From positions 5,202 through 69,201 of IMG/VR virus record IMGVR_UViG_3300037067_007515: a stretch of 64,000 nt of DNA; one strand, given 5' to 3'. Under the pieces are notes generated by a model, which saw only the letters and a list, made by a program, of their open reading frames with translations, searched no databases and was not told where the DNA came from. Origin of the DNA: a virus (Duplodnaviria > Caudoviricetes). A program made the position numbers and the translations under genes. Below are positions 50,832-60,947 of the stretch, piece by piece (the stretch's first letter is position 1; every line of letters begins with the position of its first letter).

Positions 50832-52937
50832 CTATACCAACAATCCCAGCGCGTACAGGGCCGCGTCGGCCCGGTAGTTCGCATTTCCGGCGGCCATTGG
50901 GTGTGCCCCGGCCGCGCCGAAGTTCATCGTGAAGTACCACGTTACGTATGGTACGCCTCCCGACCACACTACGGGAACGAGAGCATGAAACTGGTAGATA
51001 TCATATACCGCAACTGTGGCCACCGGGGCCGCGTACCGCCTGTAGCCGAGAAAGTTCCCTACCGCCGGCGACGCCCCGTAGGAGGTCGCATAGCTCGGGT
51101 ACGCATCGAACCACGAACCCGCGGCAACCTTTGCCGCCGCGGCAGAGAGGTATATCTCACACGAAACCAACAGCCCCTTTGCATTGGATAGCCCTGGAGG
51201 CAAGACGGACGCCAGGGACACGTTCGTCACGGCCGAGCTTGCGACTCTGGAGGTCTGGGTGTCGGTGTAGGAAAGGGCCAGGTTCGAAAAGTACGTTCCG
51301 CAATCTCGCCACAGGATGTGTCCGCCGTACTTCATGTCCGACAGGATCGGCGCAGTGGGGATGTCGTGGATGGTCGTGCCCGCGGCGTCGCGAGCAAGCA
51401 GGCCCTCAGCGGGGGAGATCCCGATGTAGCGACCGAGATCGTCGGTGATGCCGATGTTCGCGTTGTGGAGCCTGATGCCGTAGCGGTTGATGCGGACGCT
51501 CTGGTACTTGTTCGTCACCTCCGACGTGTCGTACCAGGGGACGCCACCGGTGTAGTGCGTGGTCGAGGTGTCCTCGGTGCTGGGCTGGTAGAGAAAGTCG
51601 GTGATGAGGGCATTGGCTACGTAGTCATTGAGGGACACCGCTACGGAGTTTCCCAACCCGCCAACTATCAGGGCGTTGGCATTGTACGTCATGCCCGACA
51701 CGGTTCCGGCGGATGCCGCGGTCGTCTGCTCAGCGCCGTCTACGAAGAGCTGGATGGTCTGGTTCGGGATGTCCCACACCACCTTGAGATGTCGCCACGC
51801 CCACAGGCTCGCATTGGTGGCGAAGGCGGAGTCGGAGGCAACGGAGCGGTAGTTGCTGGCATCCTGATAGATCAGGGCGATGTACTTGTCGGTGGCGATG
51901 TCGTAGCGCAGCGACACCGTATTCGCTATGCTCGCGCCGGTGCCTCCGAGCACAAAGACGTACTTATCCCTGTCGGCGATGTCGTACGTATGCCACGGCC
52001 GGAGCCGCAGTTCAATGGTTCCAGTTCCGGCTGGGTCGATAGAGTACACGATTCTACTGTGATCCGATCGGCTAGTTGGAATGTAGGGTGTGGCGAAGTC
52101 CTTGTCCTCTACCTGCACCGCCGTGAAGTAGGCGGTCCCGGTACCGGCCGTTGTGTCCGGCCGCAACGTCACGACAGGGGTAGCAGATCCCACGGCCGTG
52201 CCGATAACCACGACTTCGCAGATGGTGTCGGAGGCGTAGAAGTCGGCGCGGAACAGGGTCCCAGTAGCTGCCGCCGCGCTCGCCGTCGCCCACGTGATGG
52301 TGACGTTGGCGCGGACGGTGCCAGCGTAGGAGTCCCGGATCAGCAGTTGCGAGGTGGCGCCCGAGCCCTTTCGCACGGTGACGCTGAAGCAATGGATCTG
52401 TCCGCTCGTCGCCGCCAGGATCTGCGTGACGTTGCCCGCTGTGCTGGCGCTCGCGGTAACGAGCGTGAACGGTCGCCCACGCCAGGAATACGCCGACGCC
52501 GCGGCCGTCGCCGAGGTCGGAGTCCAGTAGGTGGCGTCGGTAAGATCCTCGGGGCTCTGAACCAAGTTCGTCGTGGCGCCAAAGCAGCCGATGGTTCCCC
52601 GCCCCGGGAACTTCGCGAGCGCGTTGTTGTACTCCGTGCCGACCTCGTCGTAGAGGTGCCCGGGCTCGTAGGTGATCTCCTTCGTGCTCGGGCGACGCCC
52701 GAGGGAGGACACGCAATCCGGCTGCGACAAGTCGAAGAGCTCGGAGGCGGCGGGGATCGGGTCGAGACCGCGCAATACGCTGTTACCAAGTGTTACGATC
52801 TCGTTGTGCGCGACCAGGGCGTCGATGGCGGAGAAGATCCGCGAGAACTGGGGCCCGATGACCTGCCCCGTCACCTCGATGTCTTGGAAGCGACCGAATA
52901 CCCCGCTACTGTCCTGGGTCGTCGCGCGTGTTGGCAT
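50832..52937 (-). CDS. Tail fibre / receptor-binding protein with a LamG-like domain
   Basis: Mosaic homologue of 4928-6997. Confidence 0.75.
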   Translation of the reverse strand: MPTRATTQDSSGVFGRFQDIEVTGQVIGPQFSRIFSAIDALVAHNEIVTLGNSVLRGLDPIPAASELFDLSQPDCVSSLGRRPSTKEITYEPGHLYDEVGTEYNNALAKFPGRGTIGCFGATTNLVQSPEDLTDATYWTPTSATAAASAYSWRGRPFTLVTASASTAGNVTQILAATSGQIHCFSVTVRKGSGATSQLLIRDSYAGTVRANVTITWATASAAAATGTLFRADFYASDTICEVVVIGTAVGSATPVVTLRPDTTAGTGTAYFTAVQVEDKDFATPYIPTSRSDHSRIVYSIDPAGTGTIELRLRPWHTYDIADRDKYVFVLGGTGASIANTVSLRYDIATDKYIALIYQDASNYRSVASDSAFATNASLWAWRHLKVVWDIPNQTIQLFVDGAEQTTAASAGTVSGMTYNANALIVGGLGNSVAVSLNDYVANALITDFLYQPSTEDTSTTHYTGGVPWYDTSEVTNKYQSVRINRYGIRLHNANIGITDDLGRYIGISPAEGLLARDAAGTTIHDIPTAPILSDMKYGGHILWRDCGTYFSNLALSYTDTQTSRVASSAVTNVSLASVLPPGLSNAKGLLVSCEIYLSAAAAKVAAGSWFDAYPSYATSYGASPAVGNFLGYRRYAAPVATVAVYDIYQFHALVPVVWSGGVPYVTWYFTMNFGAAGAHPMAAGNANYRADAALYALGLLV

Positions 52938-55900
52938 TTACTTCCACCCCATGAGGTCGGAGACCTCTCCGCTCTCGAGCGCTTTCAGGAGGCGCTTCGG
53001 ACCCGTGACCGGAAGGCCGGCTCCGAACAAAAGGCCCTCGGACAAACCGCGGACCGCCTTCTCTATGTCGCCGTCCTGAATGGCCTTCACGGAGGACGCG
53101 ACACCCTCGATCCCGGGGAAGAACTTCACCCCCTGCCCCGTAGGGCGTCCCTGAATCATCGCCGAGATGTCCGATCCGACGTAGGGGAGCATGTCAACAA
53201 ACTGCACCCAAGCGCCGGCCCGCAGTCTCTTCTTCCTCTCCTCGGGATCGTCCTCTGACAAGGCTCCACTCGCGACTGCGATAGCAACTCCCGACAGAAT
53301 CATTGCCGTGAGATTTCCCGCGGCGTGCATGATCTGCCGGTTCTTGACCGCCAGGGGCACGTCGACTAGGGCAATGTTCCAAAGACTGTTGAGCGCCGAG
53401 GTGAACATCGTGAACCACCGCGTTACGTCGGCCCCGCGGTACATCTCCGCGACGTCCTGGACACGTCCGGACGGTTGTCCTCGGATAGTGGACTTGTCGG
53501 CGGCCTCGGCCGCTGCTACCTCATCGCCTCCGTTCTCCTTCAACGCCCGGTCATAGACGGCCTTCCACCCGATCGTGATAGAGGTAATGTCGATCACCTC
53601 GAAGAGCTTCATGCCGGCGGCACCTATCTTGCGGTTGATGTCGTTCCACAGGTTGCCGTTGCTCAATTTCAGGAGGTCGAACTCCGCGGAGATCGAGCGG
53701 TTGCGTACGAGTTCGCTCCGATCTTTGACAAACCGCATGAGATCGTTGGAGAGGATGTCTCCTCTCGCTACGGCCGTCGCCTTGCCGGCCAGCCACTGGC
53801 CCGCCGCGCTCACCAGGTGGGGAAGTCCCGCGTCTGCGAGATAGGGCAGGATCGTCGTCAGGTTCTTGGCCGCACTCAAAAGATTGAAGCCTAGGTAGGC
53901 AATCACGACGTTCTGCCGGAGCGTGCGCTGCAGGCGATCAAGCCCTGTGAGGTTCCCATAGATGTCAGGACGCGCGAGGTTGTTCGTGAACACCTGTAAC
54001 CACCGGGTGACCGCGGTCCCGTGGATCTGCGTGATAGCCTGGCGCGTGTCGGGATCCTCGAGGATTCCGTGCATACGCTTCACAAGAAGGTCCAGGGTGA
54101 TAAATCCTTCCGTCTCCTCCATGCTCTGGAGCCACAGCGGGAAGAGCTCCGTCCTGATCGGCGTCTGCCAGTAGTCGGGTACATCGATCCGCTCGAAGGT
54201 GGGATGCCTGGCAACGAACTGCTTTCCGAGTCCGTTCCGCGCAACCAAATCCGCGACAACCTCCGTCTGCCGCTCGTTGTAGTTAGCCTCCATCCTCCGG
54301 TGCGGGACGTAATGGTCTTCCCCGGGAAGATCCATGTTGAAGCGCTCGATGAAGGCCTGCCGCAGCCTCGGGAAACTACGTTCCATGTCGGCACCCATAG
54401 CATCGGCTAGCTCCCTCGCCTCCGGGGAGAGCATGCCGATCCCCTTCTCGATCACCTCCAGCGGAATGTTGTTGCCCTGGGTGAGGGCCGCGGCCGTGCG
54501 CTCGTTCTCGATCCCGAGGTACCAGAACATGACCTGTTGAAGGGTCGGCGCCTTGCCCTTCCATGTGCCTTGGCCGTAGCGGAAGCCATCAATGTCGATC
54601 TCCTGGCCGAGCCATGTATATCCCGAGAGCCGTTTTGCAGACAATCGGTCAGGGGTGACCTTCAGCCGATCCATGAGCTCGATGATCGGCTCACGGCGTT
54701 TCCGCTGGGTCCGCTCGCTCTGGTTCCATCCTCGATTGTAGTCGTCGAGCATCTTTGTGAAGACGCCCGGCTTCCCGCCATCGAGTAGAAGCATCACGCG
54801 GTCGGGCTTTATGGTTGACAGGAGGCCCCGCACAAAACTAGAGCTCGGCTTCGCGGCGCCGACGGCCTCGGTCGGCTCCTTGCCGCGTAGTACGGTAGAC
54901 TGCACTAGATTCCGCTGGTCCTTGCGGTAGCGTTGCTCCTGCCGCACGAGGAGTCCGCGCTTGAACTTTCCCAGCCGCTCCAGATCCTTGCGCTGCTCGG
55001 CCAGGTCCTCGAGCTCGGTCATGCTCCACTGATTGAGACTCTTGCTCTGGATGCGCTTCCATTCTTCTTCGGAGAGGACGGCGCGCGCTTCCGGGTTTGC
55101 CTCGAAGAAGGCCCGGGACTGCTCGCGACGGTAGAGCGTCTTCTCGCCACGGAAGTGGGGATCCACCTGCTGGCCCAGGATCCGGATCATCTCCTTGTAT
55201 TCAAAGTCGACCGACGGACCCGGCGGCCGGGTGATGCGCTCGGCGAGCTTCCGTTTTGCGGCTCGCACACGCTGCAGGGCCCTCCGCTCCTTCTCCTTTG
55301 CGCGGATTGCGTCGGCCACTTCCTTGACCCTGGCCTCGGTGAGCTTCTCCTGTTGGTTCTTCCGGAGCTCCGCCAGGTCGGATAGGGTCGCGGTCTCGCG
55401 CTTCTCCAGGTCGGCTTCGGTAAGGGTACCGGTGCGGATCTCCGCGGCGAGTTCCGGATCCTCCACGTCTGCGGCGGCCGCCTGGCGTACGTCGGGAGAT
55501 GACTCCTCGGCGGAAATCTCCGGCATGGGGATCCCGCCGAGCTCGCCCTCCACGGGAGCAGAGCCCTGCTCGCTTTCGAGCTGCTGCTGCATCGCGGCGT
55601 CACCCATCATGGTGGCGTAAATTGCCCGGAACTTTCGCCCATCCCTCCGGATCGCCCGCAAGGCCGATTGTACCGAGGTGTCCGCGGGCATCTTGCCAGA
55701 GCTCATCTTTCCGACGAGAGCCGCGAGCGCCGGAGGTAGTAATCCTGTGTTCTCCTGCTTCCGAGCCTCGCGGAGCCATGACCACAGGGCCGCGTTGTTC
55801 TTCGCTTGCAGAAGCTCGAGGAAGTCCTTGGTCGCGCGTTCGGCGGCGAGGGGGATGAAGGGATGCGCGCGGTCCCACATCCGTTGATACCATTCCGCCT

Positions 55901-58900
55901 TGACCGCGTCGCCAACGTCGGCTCCGGGAAGACCCTCGGACTCTATCGCTTCCATAGCGGAACGGAAGTCCGCTGCGCTCGGGTAGAGCTTCGCCTGCTC
56001 AACCAGCGGTTTCTCCGGATCCGTTCCGAAGGTCTGGCTGGCCTGATCGCCTCCGTCTGGGTGGAACAGTAGCGTGTTGACGATCCGTACCTTCAAGGGG
56101 TTAAAGACAGCGTAGTTATAGGGAGCTCCGGCGGACGGTCCGCGTCTCTGGTAGCTCTTCGGGATTCGGGTCCCGGTGATGCCGGCACGGTCCAGCAATT
56201 CCGCCCCGGCTCGAGCTCCTCCCGCTACGTTCTCGGCGGCCCTTAGCGCTTGTTCTCCGGTATGGCTTGCGAGGAGGAAATTGCCGGATGCCCCTACTCG
56301 CCAGGCGTGGTCCTTTCTGACTTGTGCGTTGATGCGCTCTGCCAGTTCTGAACCGATCTCCTTGTTCCAGTCCATCCAGACATCATCTGCCCCGGGGTTG
56401 ACTACCACCCGATAGAGGACCCTGGGCGGCTTCGGGGTAACCTTGACCGAAATCTCGAAAGCCCGCTCTATGAGGCGTACGGCGTGATCTAAGGTATTCA
56501 GTCGCGCGGTGTTGGCCTCCCAGCGTTCGGCCAGATCCACCGGCATCTCCTTGACCTCGCCATGGAGCCCCTGCGCGTACTCCTTGTCGAGGCGGATCCA
56601 GGTATCCTCAATCGCCTGCATGCGGTCGCGATGAACGGTCAAACGCTCCAGGAGGAACGCCTTGCTGGTGCGTGCCCAGCTCTGGACGGTATCGGAGTTC
56701 ACCCCCTGCGGAAGGCCCCCGATTGCCCAGGCGATGGTTTCTGTTCCTACGATCTCATCGAATTTGCCGGCCAGCTTGATGTGTAGCTGGGGCGTGGTCT
56801 TTACCGATGCCGCGATTACCTCGGCATAGTGCCGGGCGGTTCCTTCCTCCTGGGCGACATACGTGCCCCAGCCATAGGCCTGGGCCCCTTCTCCGGTTCC
56901 CATGAAGGAGGGATCGAACGACGAGAATACCACCTTGGTACCGTGGAAAGCCTCGGTGTGGAACAGGGACGCCTGTCCCTCTACACGTTCGCGCCGGCGA
57001 TCAAGCACCCGGCGGGCGGCCTCGGCGGCCTCCCCCTCGCCCTCGGCCGTGCGTTCGAGTTGTGTAATCCGGTCGGGTTCGACGATCTCTCCGGAGGCAA
57101 CCTTCGCAGCATACTCGGCACGGACTCTGTCGCGATCGCGTTCCCAGGACGCGGAGGCCTCCATGATCCTCCCCTGCATCGCCTTCGCGGACTGCTTCGA
57201 TACGCCGCCCGGGGCCCGATGCGCCTCGGGGAAAGACGGAGCTCCCGAAGGGACACCCTCTTGAAGGCTGTACTCCTCGAACGAGAGGACCGGCGCCTCC
57301 TCGGCTCCCGCCGGGATCTCCGCCGCTTGGCCGAAGAGTTCAAGGCTTCCCTTTCCCATGCCGGCGCGGTCACGGAGTTCCGCCTGTTTCTCGGGGCTCG
57401 AGGTCCAGTTCGACCAGGCGAGCATCTCGTCCTCGAGCTCGACTAGGCGTTTCTGTATCCCCGCGGTGTCTCCAGCCTTGAACCCGTAGCGCTCGACAAC
57501 CTTGGCCTGTTCCCCCTTCGAGAGGCGGAGAGCACTTCGTAGGGCAGCGTGCTCCGCTCGGAGCTCGGCCTGCTTCTTCGTGGCTTCCTTGGCTACCGCT
57601 TCCGCGGCAACCATGAACGACTCGTTGCGGCCGAACAGGTCCCCCTGTTCAGCCTCGAGTACTCCGGTCGTCTGCTTCTGGAGGATCGCCAGGTAGTTGA
57701 CGAGTTCTGCGGCCGTCAACTCCTTTGCGCGAAGGATCCCCGCATCCTGCAGGGCGTCGTTGTTGGGTGCGGCAGCCGCTATGGCAGCGGCTTTTTCCTC
57801 TCCGATCTGACCGTTGCGGTAGAGGGTATAGAGACCATCGGAGGCATAGCGGCCGATCGCGAAGCCCTTTCGGCCTTTGTCTCTACCAAGAAGTCCTCTG
57901 CGGGATGCTTCTTCCTCGGAAATGGCAGAATGACGGAAGTAGTTCGCATAGTCCTTGATGCTCCCCTGTCCGTCGCGGATGTTGGCTTCCGCGTCGAACA
58001 TCATGGCCATGGCCGCGGTAAACCCGTCGGCCTCACGGACCACCTGCGCCGGGATCGTCTGCTCTCCGAGCCGGCGCGCTAGGTCCAGCCGGTGACGTCC
58101 AGTGATGACCTCGCGTCGACCGTCGGTCCGCTCCCATACGACGATCGGAGCAGTTCCCAGCCGTTCGTACCGTTCTCCGGAGATAGGCTCTACTACGCCC
58201 TCGGCGCTCGCTCCCTCCTTGAAGTTGGGCACTTCTGCGGACAGAGTCAACTCCCCCACCGGAAGATCAACAGCCGGCACCGCGGAGAGGTCGATAGAGG
58301 TAACGCTTTCGGCCTCGGTGACAGGCTTGGCGATCTCGGGCGACACGGTCTCTCCGAAGAGGTCCTCCTGCACCTGGCGTTGTACCTGCGTCGGCGCCTG
58401 TACCTCCGAGGTAGCGGTCGGAGTCGTCGGCGTCGTGGCGGCCGTAGCGAGACCGCTATCGGGCTGCTGGAAAATCCGGTCATAGGCCTCGATAAAAGAC
58501 GGCGAGAGCGTCCGCTTCCCCATGGGTCGCTCCCGAATGTAGCTCACGAGTTTCGTGAGCATCGCGGCGATCTGCTCGAAGATCTTCCGGAGACCCTCCG
58601 TCGGCGCCCTCCCGGTGCCCAGGTAGTCCTCGAACTTGTCCGCCAGGGTTTCAAGGTCCTGATCGGTCCAGGTCTGCCGGAGCTTCCCGAGGGCTTGCTC
58701 GAAACCCGCGATCTGCTCCTTGTTCAACGCCAACCGTTCGACGGCATGAAAGTATTCGTGCGTGGCAACGTGGAAGTCTGCCCCCTCAAGGGCCGCGAAG
58801 ACCGCTCTGACCCTACCCTTGTACTCCTCGCGGTCGACGTCGAGCGGGTTTATCGCCTGCCCTGCCACCCGGAAGCCCGTCGCGGCAATGGCCCCGTGCG

Positions 58901-60947
58901 CTGCAACCTCTTTGGAGAGAGTTCCCCCGCGCTCGACGGCCTGGGGCTCGAAGTATTTGTTGAGCCACTGCGCCACGGGGATCCCCTCGTTCTTGGCGAG
59001 GATCTCGTTGAACACCACGAACGGTGTGGCCTCTTCCTCCTTTAGCCCGAAACCTTCGACGAGCTGGCGGCGGAAGATGTCCTGCGTGAGCGCCGTGGGC
59101 GCCGGCCCCTCGACTCCCGGCTGCTCCTCTGTCGCGGTCTCCTCCTCGGCGAACCACTGCAGGCCGGCTTCCGGCCCGCGGGGGTTCTGCGCGATGAGCT
59201 CCTCCTTGAGCGCGGCTCCGGCCTCGTCGGTCGGATCCCACTGGATCTCAAGGCCAGGATTGCGCGCCGCGAGTTCGAGGATCATGTCTCGCGACCGGTC
59301 CCCCTGTTCACTCACGAGGTCCTCGACATAGATCCGCTCCGGAGTCTGCTCGTAGCGAACGTATCCGTAGCGCTCCTGAGTCTTCGGGTTACCGACACGG
59401 AGGAGGGCCATCGTCCCCTCGCGGGTGCTCTCGAGGGTCGTCTCTTCTGCGACGAGACGTCCCTCCGGCGTCCGCGCCTCCTGCACCGGAGACGCCGGTG
59501 CGGCCTGCTTTTCGGCCTCCGCGGTCCTGCGCGTCTGCTCCTGCTCCCAGATCGTGCCCAGGGCCTCACGGTAGTCGGATCCCGTGACGCCTTCGGGCTT
59601 AGGCGATGCCTGTTCGGCTACGTCGACAAAGGTCTCTTTGTTGCCGATGACCCGCGCGGCCTGGTGAAGGTTCTGTTGCTGGACGATGTCCCACTTGATG
59701 CTGATGACGGCGTTCGGCGTGCCCATGATGATCGCCGCGGAGAAACCCTGGTACATGGCTTGGCCGACTCGCTCAAATGCCGCGTCCCACTCGGCAGCCG
59801 GAATCTGCGTCGCGATACCCTGGTTCTTTGAGAGCTCTCGCGCGGCCTGTTCGGTCAGGATCGAGGAGATCTCCTGCAGTCCTTCCTCGAGGCCTTCCTC
59901 TGCTCCAGTTCCGGCCATCCGAAGGACCATGCGTCCGGTGATCGTGCTCAGCGTTCCGCCCATAATGAGCTTCTTGACGGCCTCAGAGGCGGCGCCGCTG
60001 AATGCCTGACCGATGCCGGGAATCTTGGGGAGGAGCGCGGTGAGCTGCGCGGTTTCTAGCGTGGACTGCACGAGAGCGTCGAGCCGCGAGAGAGGAGCCG
60101 CGATGCTGTGCGGGACCCCCTTCTTCCTCATATCGAGATAGGAAAGGCCTTCCGTATAGTCCTGATTGGCTTTCGTCGTCCCCGTCACGAATCCCACGGA
60201 AGCCATGGCCGCGGTGATCGCGGGGATCGATAGACCTCCGGTAGCCGCCGCTCCTATGGCTCCGGCCGGGTTGGCGTTCAGGGCGAGGCCAGCCGTGGCT
60301 CCAGTCATCATTCCGAGCGTCCCGCCCTGGGCGAAGGACAACAGCATCGCCGGGGCGGACTGTGCCGTCCAGATCAGAGCATTCTGCAACCAGGGGCGCG
60401 GGATATTCTCCATGACCGGCATCCGCTGCTCGATCGCTGCGATCTTCGCCTCTATCGCCGCATCGGTTCCCCCTTTGTCCTTCAGTTGCTTCGCGAGGAT
60501 GCCCATCTCCCAGTTCAGTTCTCCCGACTGCCACGCCGCTCGGACGTTCTGGAAGAGGGTCCGCGGAGGCACGATCTTGCCCATCCAGTACTGGGATATC
60601 TCGTCCAGGTTGGCAAATGCCTTGTCCTGCTCAACACCGAAGGTCTGTGCGAGGTAGCGAGAGGTGTTGATCCGATTTATGAACTCGACGGGATCGTCGG
60701 AGTTGGCGATGGTCTCGAACAGACTCCGCTGATCGTCCTCTCCCATCTTGGGTGACCCGTACCTCCGCTGGTACATGGGGCTTGTCTCGAGGCCCAGGAG
60801 CTCGCGGTACGGATCCTCGCGCTGGGTCGTTGGGGGAATGGCGGGGGTTAGCGCGGCCTTGCGCTTCCGCTCCTCTTCCTCCTCGTCGAACCCGGCGTCG
60901 GCGGCCGGCAGATCAAGCAGGCCGCGGTACTGGTTCTCGTTGCTCAC
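52938..60947 (-). CDS. Giant internal virion polyvalent protein, 2669 aa: zincin HExxH, ParB-like and ADP-ribosyltransferase-like domains
   Basis: HEYFH at 58746-58760; PIVVW...VITGRHRLDLA ParB-like; FHGT...GTGEGAQAYGWGTY ART-like. Confidence 0.8.
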   Translation of the reverse strand: MSNENQYRGLLDLPAADAGFDEEEEERKRKAALTPAIPPTTQREDPYRELLGLETSPMYQRRYGSPKMGEDDQRSLFETIANSDDPVEFINRINTSRYLAQTFGVEQDKAFANLDEISQYWMGKIVPPRTLFQNVRAAWQSGELNWEMGILAKQLKDKGGTDAAIEAKIAAIEQRMPVMENIPRPWLQNALIWTAQSAPAMLLSFAQGGTLGMMTGATAGLALNANPAGAIGAAATGGLSIPAITAAMASVGFVTGTTKANQDYTEGLSYLDMRKKGVPHSIAAPLSRLDALVQSTLETAQLTALLPKIPGIGQAFSGAASEAVKKLIMGGTLSTITGRMVLRMAGTGAEEGLEEGLQEISSILTEQAARELSKNQGIATQIPAAEWDAAFERVGQAMYQGFSAAIIMGTPNAVISIKWDIVQQQNLHQAARVIGNKETFVDVAEQASPKPEGVTGSDYREALGTIWEQEQTRRTAEAEKQAAPASPVQEARTPEGRLVAEETTLESTREGTMALLRVGNPKTQERYGYVRYEQTPERIYVEDLVSEQGDRSRDMILELAARNPGLEIQWDPTDEAGAALKEELIAQNPRGPEAGLQWFAEEETATEEQPGVEGPAPTALTQDIFRRQLVEGFGLKEEEATPFVVFNEILAKNEGIPVAQWLNKYFEPQAVERGGTLSKEVAAHGAIAATGFRVAGQAINPLDVDREEYKGRVRAVFAALEGADFHVATHEYFHAVERLALNKEQIAGFEQALGKLRQTWTDQDLETLADKFEDYLGTGRAPTEGLRKIFEQIAAMLTKLVSYIRERPMGKRTLSPSFIEAYDRIFQQPDSGLATAATTPTTPTATSEVQAPTQVQRQVQEDLFGETVSPEIAKPVTEAESVTSIDLSAVPAVDLPVGELTLSAEVPNFKEGASAEGVVEPISGERYERLGTAPIVVWERTDGRREVITGRHRLDLARRLGEQTIPAQVVREADGFTAAMAMMFDAEANIRDGQGSIKDYANYFRHSAISEEEASRRGLLGRDKGRKGFAIGRYASDGLYTLYRNGQIGEEKAAAIAAAAPNNDALQDAGILRAKELTAAELVNYLAILQKQTTGVLEAEQGDLFGRNESFMVAAEAVAKEATKKQAELRAEHAALRSALRLSKGEQAKVVERYGFKAGDTAGIQKRLVELEDEMLAWSNWTSSPEKQAELRDRAGMGKGSLELFGQAAEIPAGAEEAPVLSFEEYSLQEGVPSGAPSFPEAHRAPGGVSKQSAKAMQGRIMEASASWERDRDRVRAEYAAKVASGEIVEPDRITQLERTAEGEGEAAEAARRVLDRRRERVEGQASLFHTEAFHGTKVVFSSFDPSFMGTGEGAQAYGWGTYVAQEEGTARHYAEVIAASVKTTPQLHIKLAGKFDEIVGTETIAWAIGGLPQGVNSDTVQSWARTSKAFLLERLTVHRDRMQAIEDTWIRLDKEYAQGLHGEVKEMPVDLAERWEANTARLNTLDHAVRLIERAFEISVKVTPKPPRVLYRVVVNPGADDVWMDWNKEIGSELAERINAQVRKDHAWRVGASGNFLLASHTGEQALRAAENVAGGARAGAELLDRAGITGTRIPKSYQRRGPSAGAPYNYAVFNPLKVRIVNTLLFHPDGGDQASQTFGTDPEKPLVEQAKLYPSAADFRSAMEAIESEGLPGADVGDAVKAEWYQRMWDRAHPFIPLAAERATKDFLELLQAKNNAALWSWLREARKQENTGLLPPALAALVGKMSSGKMPADTSVQSALRAIRRDGRKFRAIYATMMGDAAMQQQLESEQGSAPVEGELGGIPMPEISAEESSPDVRQAAAADVEDPELAAEIRTGTLTEADLEKRETATLSDLAELRKNQQEKLTEARVKEVADAIRAKEKERRALQRVRAAKRKLAERITRPPGPSVDFEYKEMIRILGQQVDPHFRGEKTLYRREQSRAFFEANPEARAVLSEEEWKRIQSKSLNQWSMTELEDLAEQRKDLERLGKFKRGLLVRQEQRYRKDQRNLVQSTVLRGKEPTEAVGAAKPSSSFVRGLLSTIKPDRVMLLLDGGKPGVFTKMLDDYNRGWNQSERTQRKRREPIIELMDRLKVTPDRLSAKRLSGYTWLGQEIDIDGFRYGQGTWKGKAPTLQQVMFWYLGIENERTAAALTQGNNIPLEVIEKGIGMLSPEARELADAMGADMERSFPRLRQAFIERFNMDLPGEDHYVPHRRMEANYNERQTEVVADLVARNGLGKQFVARHPTFERIDVPDYWQTPIRTELFPLWLQSMEETEGFITLDLLVKRMHGILEDPDTRQAITQIHGTAVTRWLQVFTNNLARPDIYGNLTGLDRLQRTLRQNVVIAYLGFNLLSAAKNLTTILPYLADAGLPHLVSAAGQWLAGKATAVARGDILSNDLMRFVKDRSELVRNRSISAEFDLLKLSNGNLWNDINRKIGAAGMKLFEVIDITSITIGWKAVYDRALKENGGDEVAAAEAADKSTIRGQPSGRVQDVAEMYRGADVTRWFTMFTSALNSLWNIALVDVPLAVKNRQIMHAAGNLTAMILSGVAIAVASGALSEDDPEERKKRLRAGAWVQFVDMLPYVGSDISAMIQGRPTGQGVKFFPGIEGVASSVKAIQDGDIEKAVRGLSEGLLFGAGLPVTGPKRLLKALESGEVSDLMGWK

